A stretch of DNA of 63,684 nucleotides, the filler included, from Octopus bimaculoides (Eukaryota), in the NCBI RefSeq assembly GCF_001194135.2. It is 4 parts of 4 records of this genome, joined end to end, with 100 filler letters (N's around TTAATTAATTAA, not from the genome) between each part and the next. Parts side by side here need not be neighbours in the genome. Positions count along the whole stretch, not along the records: positions 55,413 to 63,684 come from NC_068997.1; 3 more parts are not named here. The stretch is one strand, 5' to 3'. Both the position numbers and the translations under genes were made by a program. Positions 63,643-63,684 of this stretch are shown in pieces. The notes below the pieces were generated by a model that saw nothing but the letters and a program-made list of their open reading frames with translations, was not told the DNA's origin and made no database searches. The number at the start of each line of letters is the position of its first letter. The stretch's first letter is position 1.

Positions 63643-63684
<42 letters not shown>

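Overview
AT-rich, repeat-saturated animal genomic DNA with many microsatellites and assembly gaps. The repeat families look like those I recall from coleoid cephalopods (Octopus); this is an inference, not a database result. Only one host protein-coding gene is supported: a minus-strand C2H2 zinc-finger gene (CDS about 21293-22486, middle hidden by a 517-N gap). It has four complete visible fingers, all with an R-x-D recognition helix, a uORF-rich 5' leader, and a possible alternative spliced 3' end reaching at least 15.4 kb. The rest is mostly transposon material: at least three tRNA-headed SINE families, several RTE-clade LINE remnants (one with a readable RT domain at 23.3-24.5 kb), a fragmented hAT transposase fossil (7.0-9.7 kb), piggyBac-, hAT- and Kolobok-like non-autonomous elements, and a Penelope-like segment with hammerhead-like cores present as two near-identical inverted copies. 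The main higher-order signal is that copies of the same SINE family have lost nearly all CpGs in 0-3.4 kb, 6.4-23 kb and >56 kb but keep them in 3.5-6.3 kb and 24.7-55 kb, which may be a fossil map of gene-body methylation. No rRNA, true tRNA gene or CRISPR array was found. Almost all ORFs in the supplied track are microsatellite, gap or antisense artefacts. Most repeat boundaries are approximate (tens of bp).
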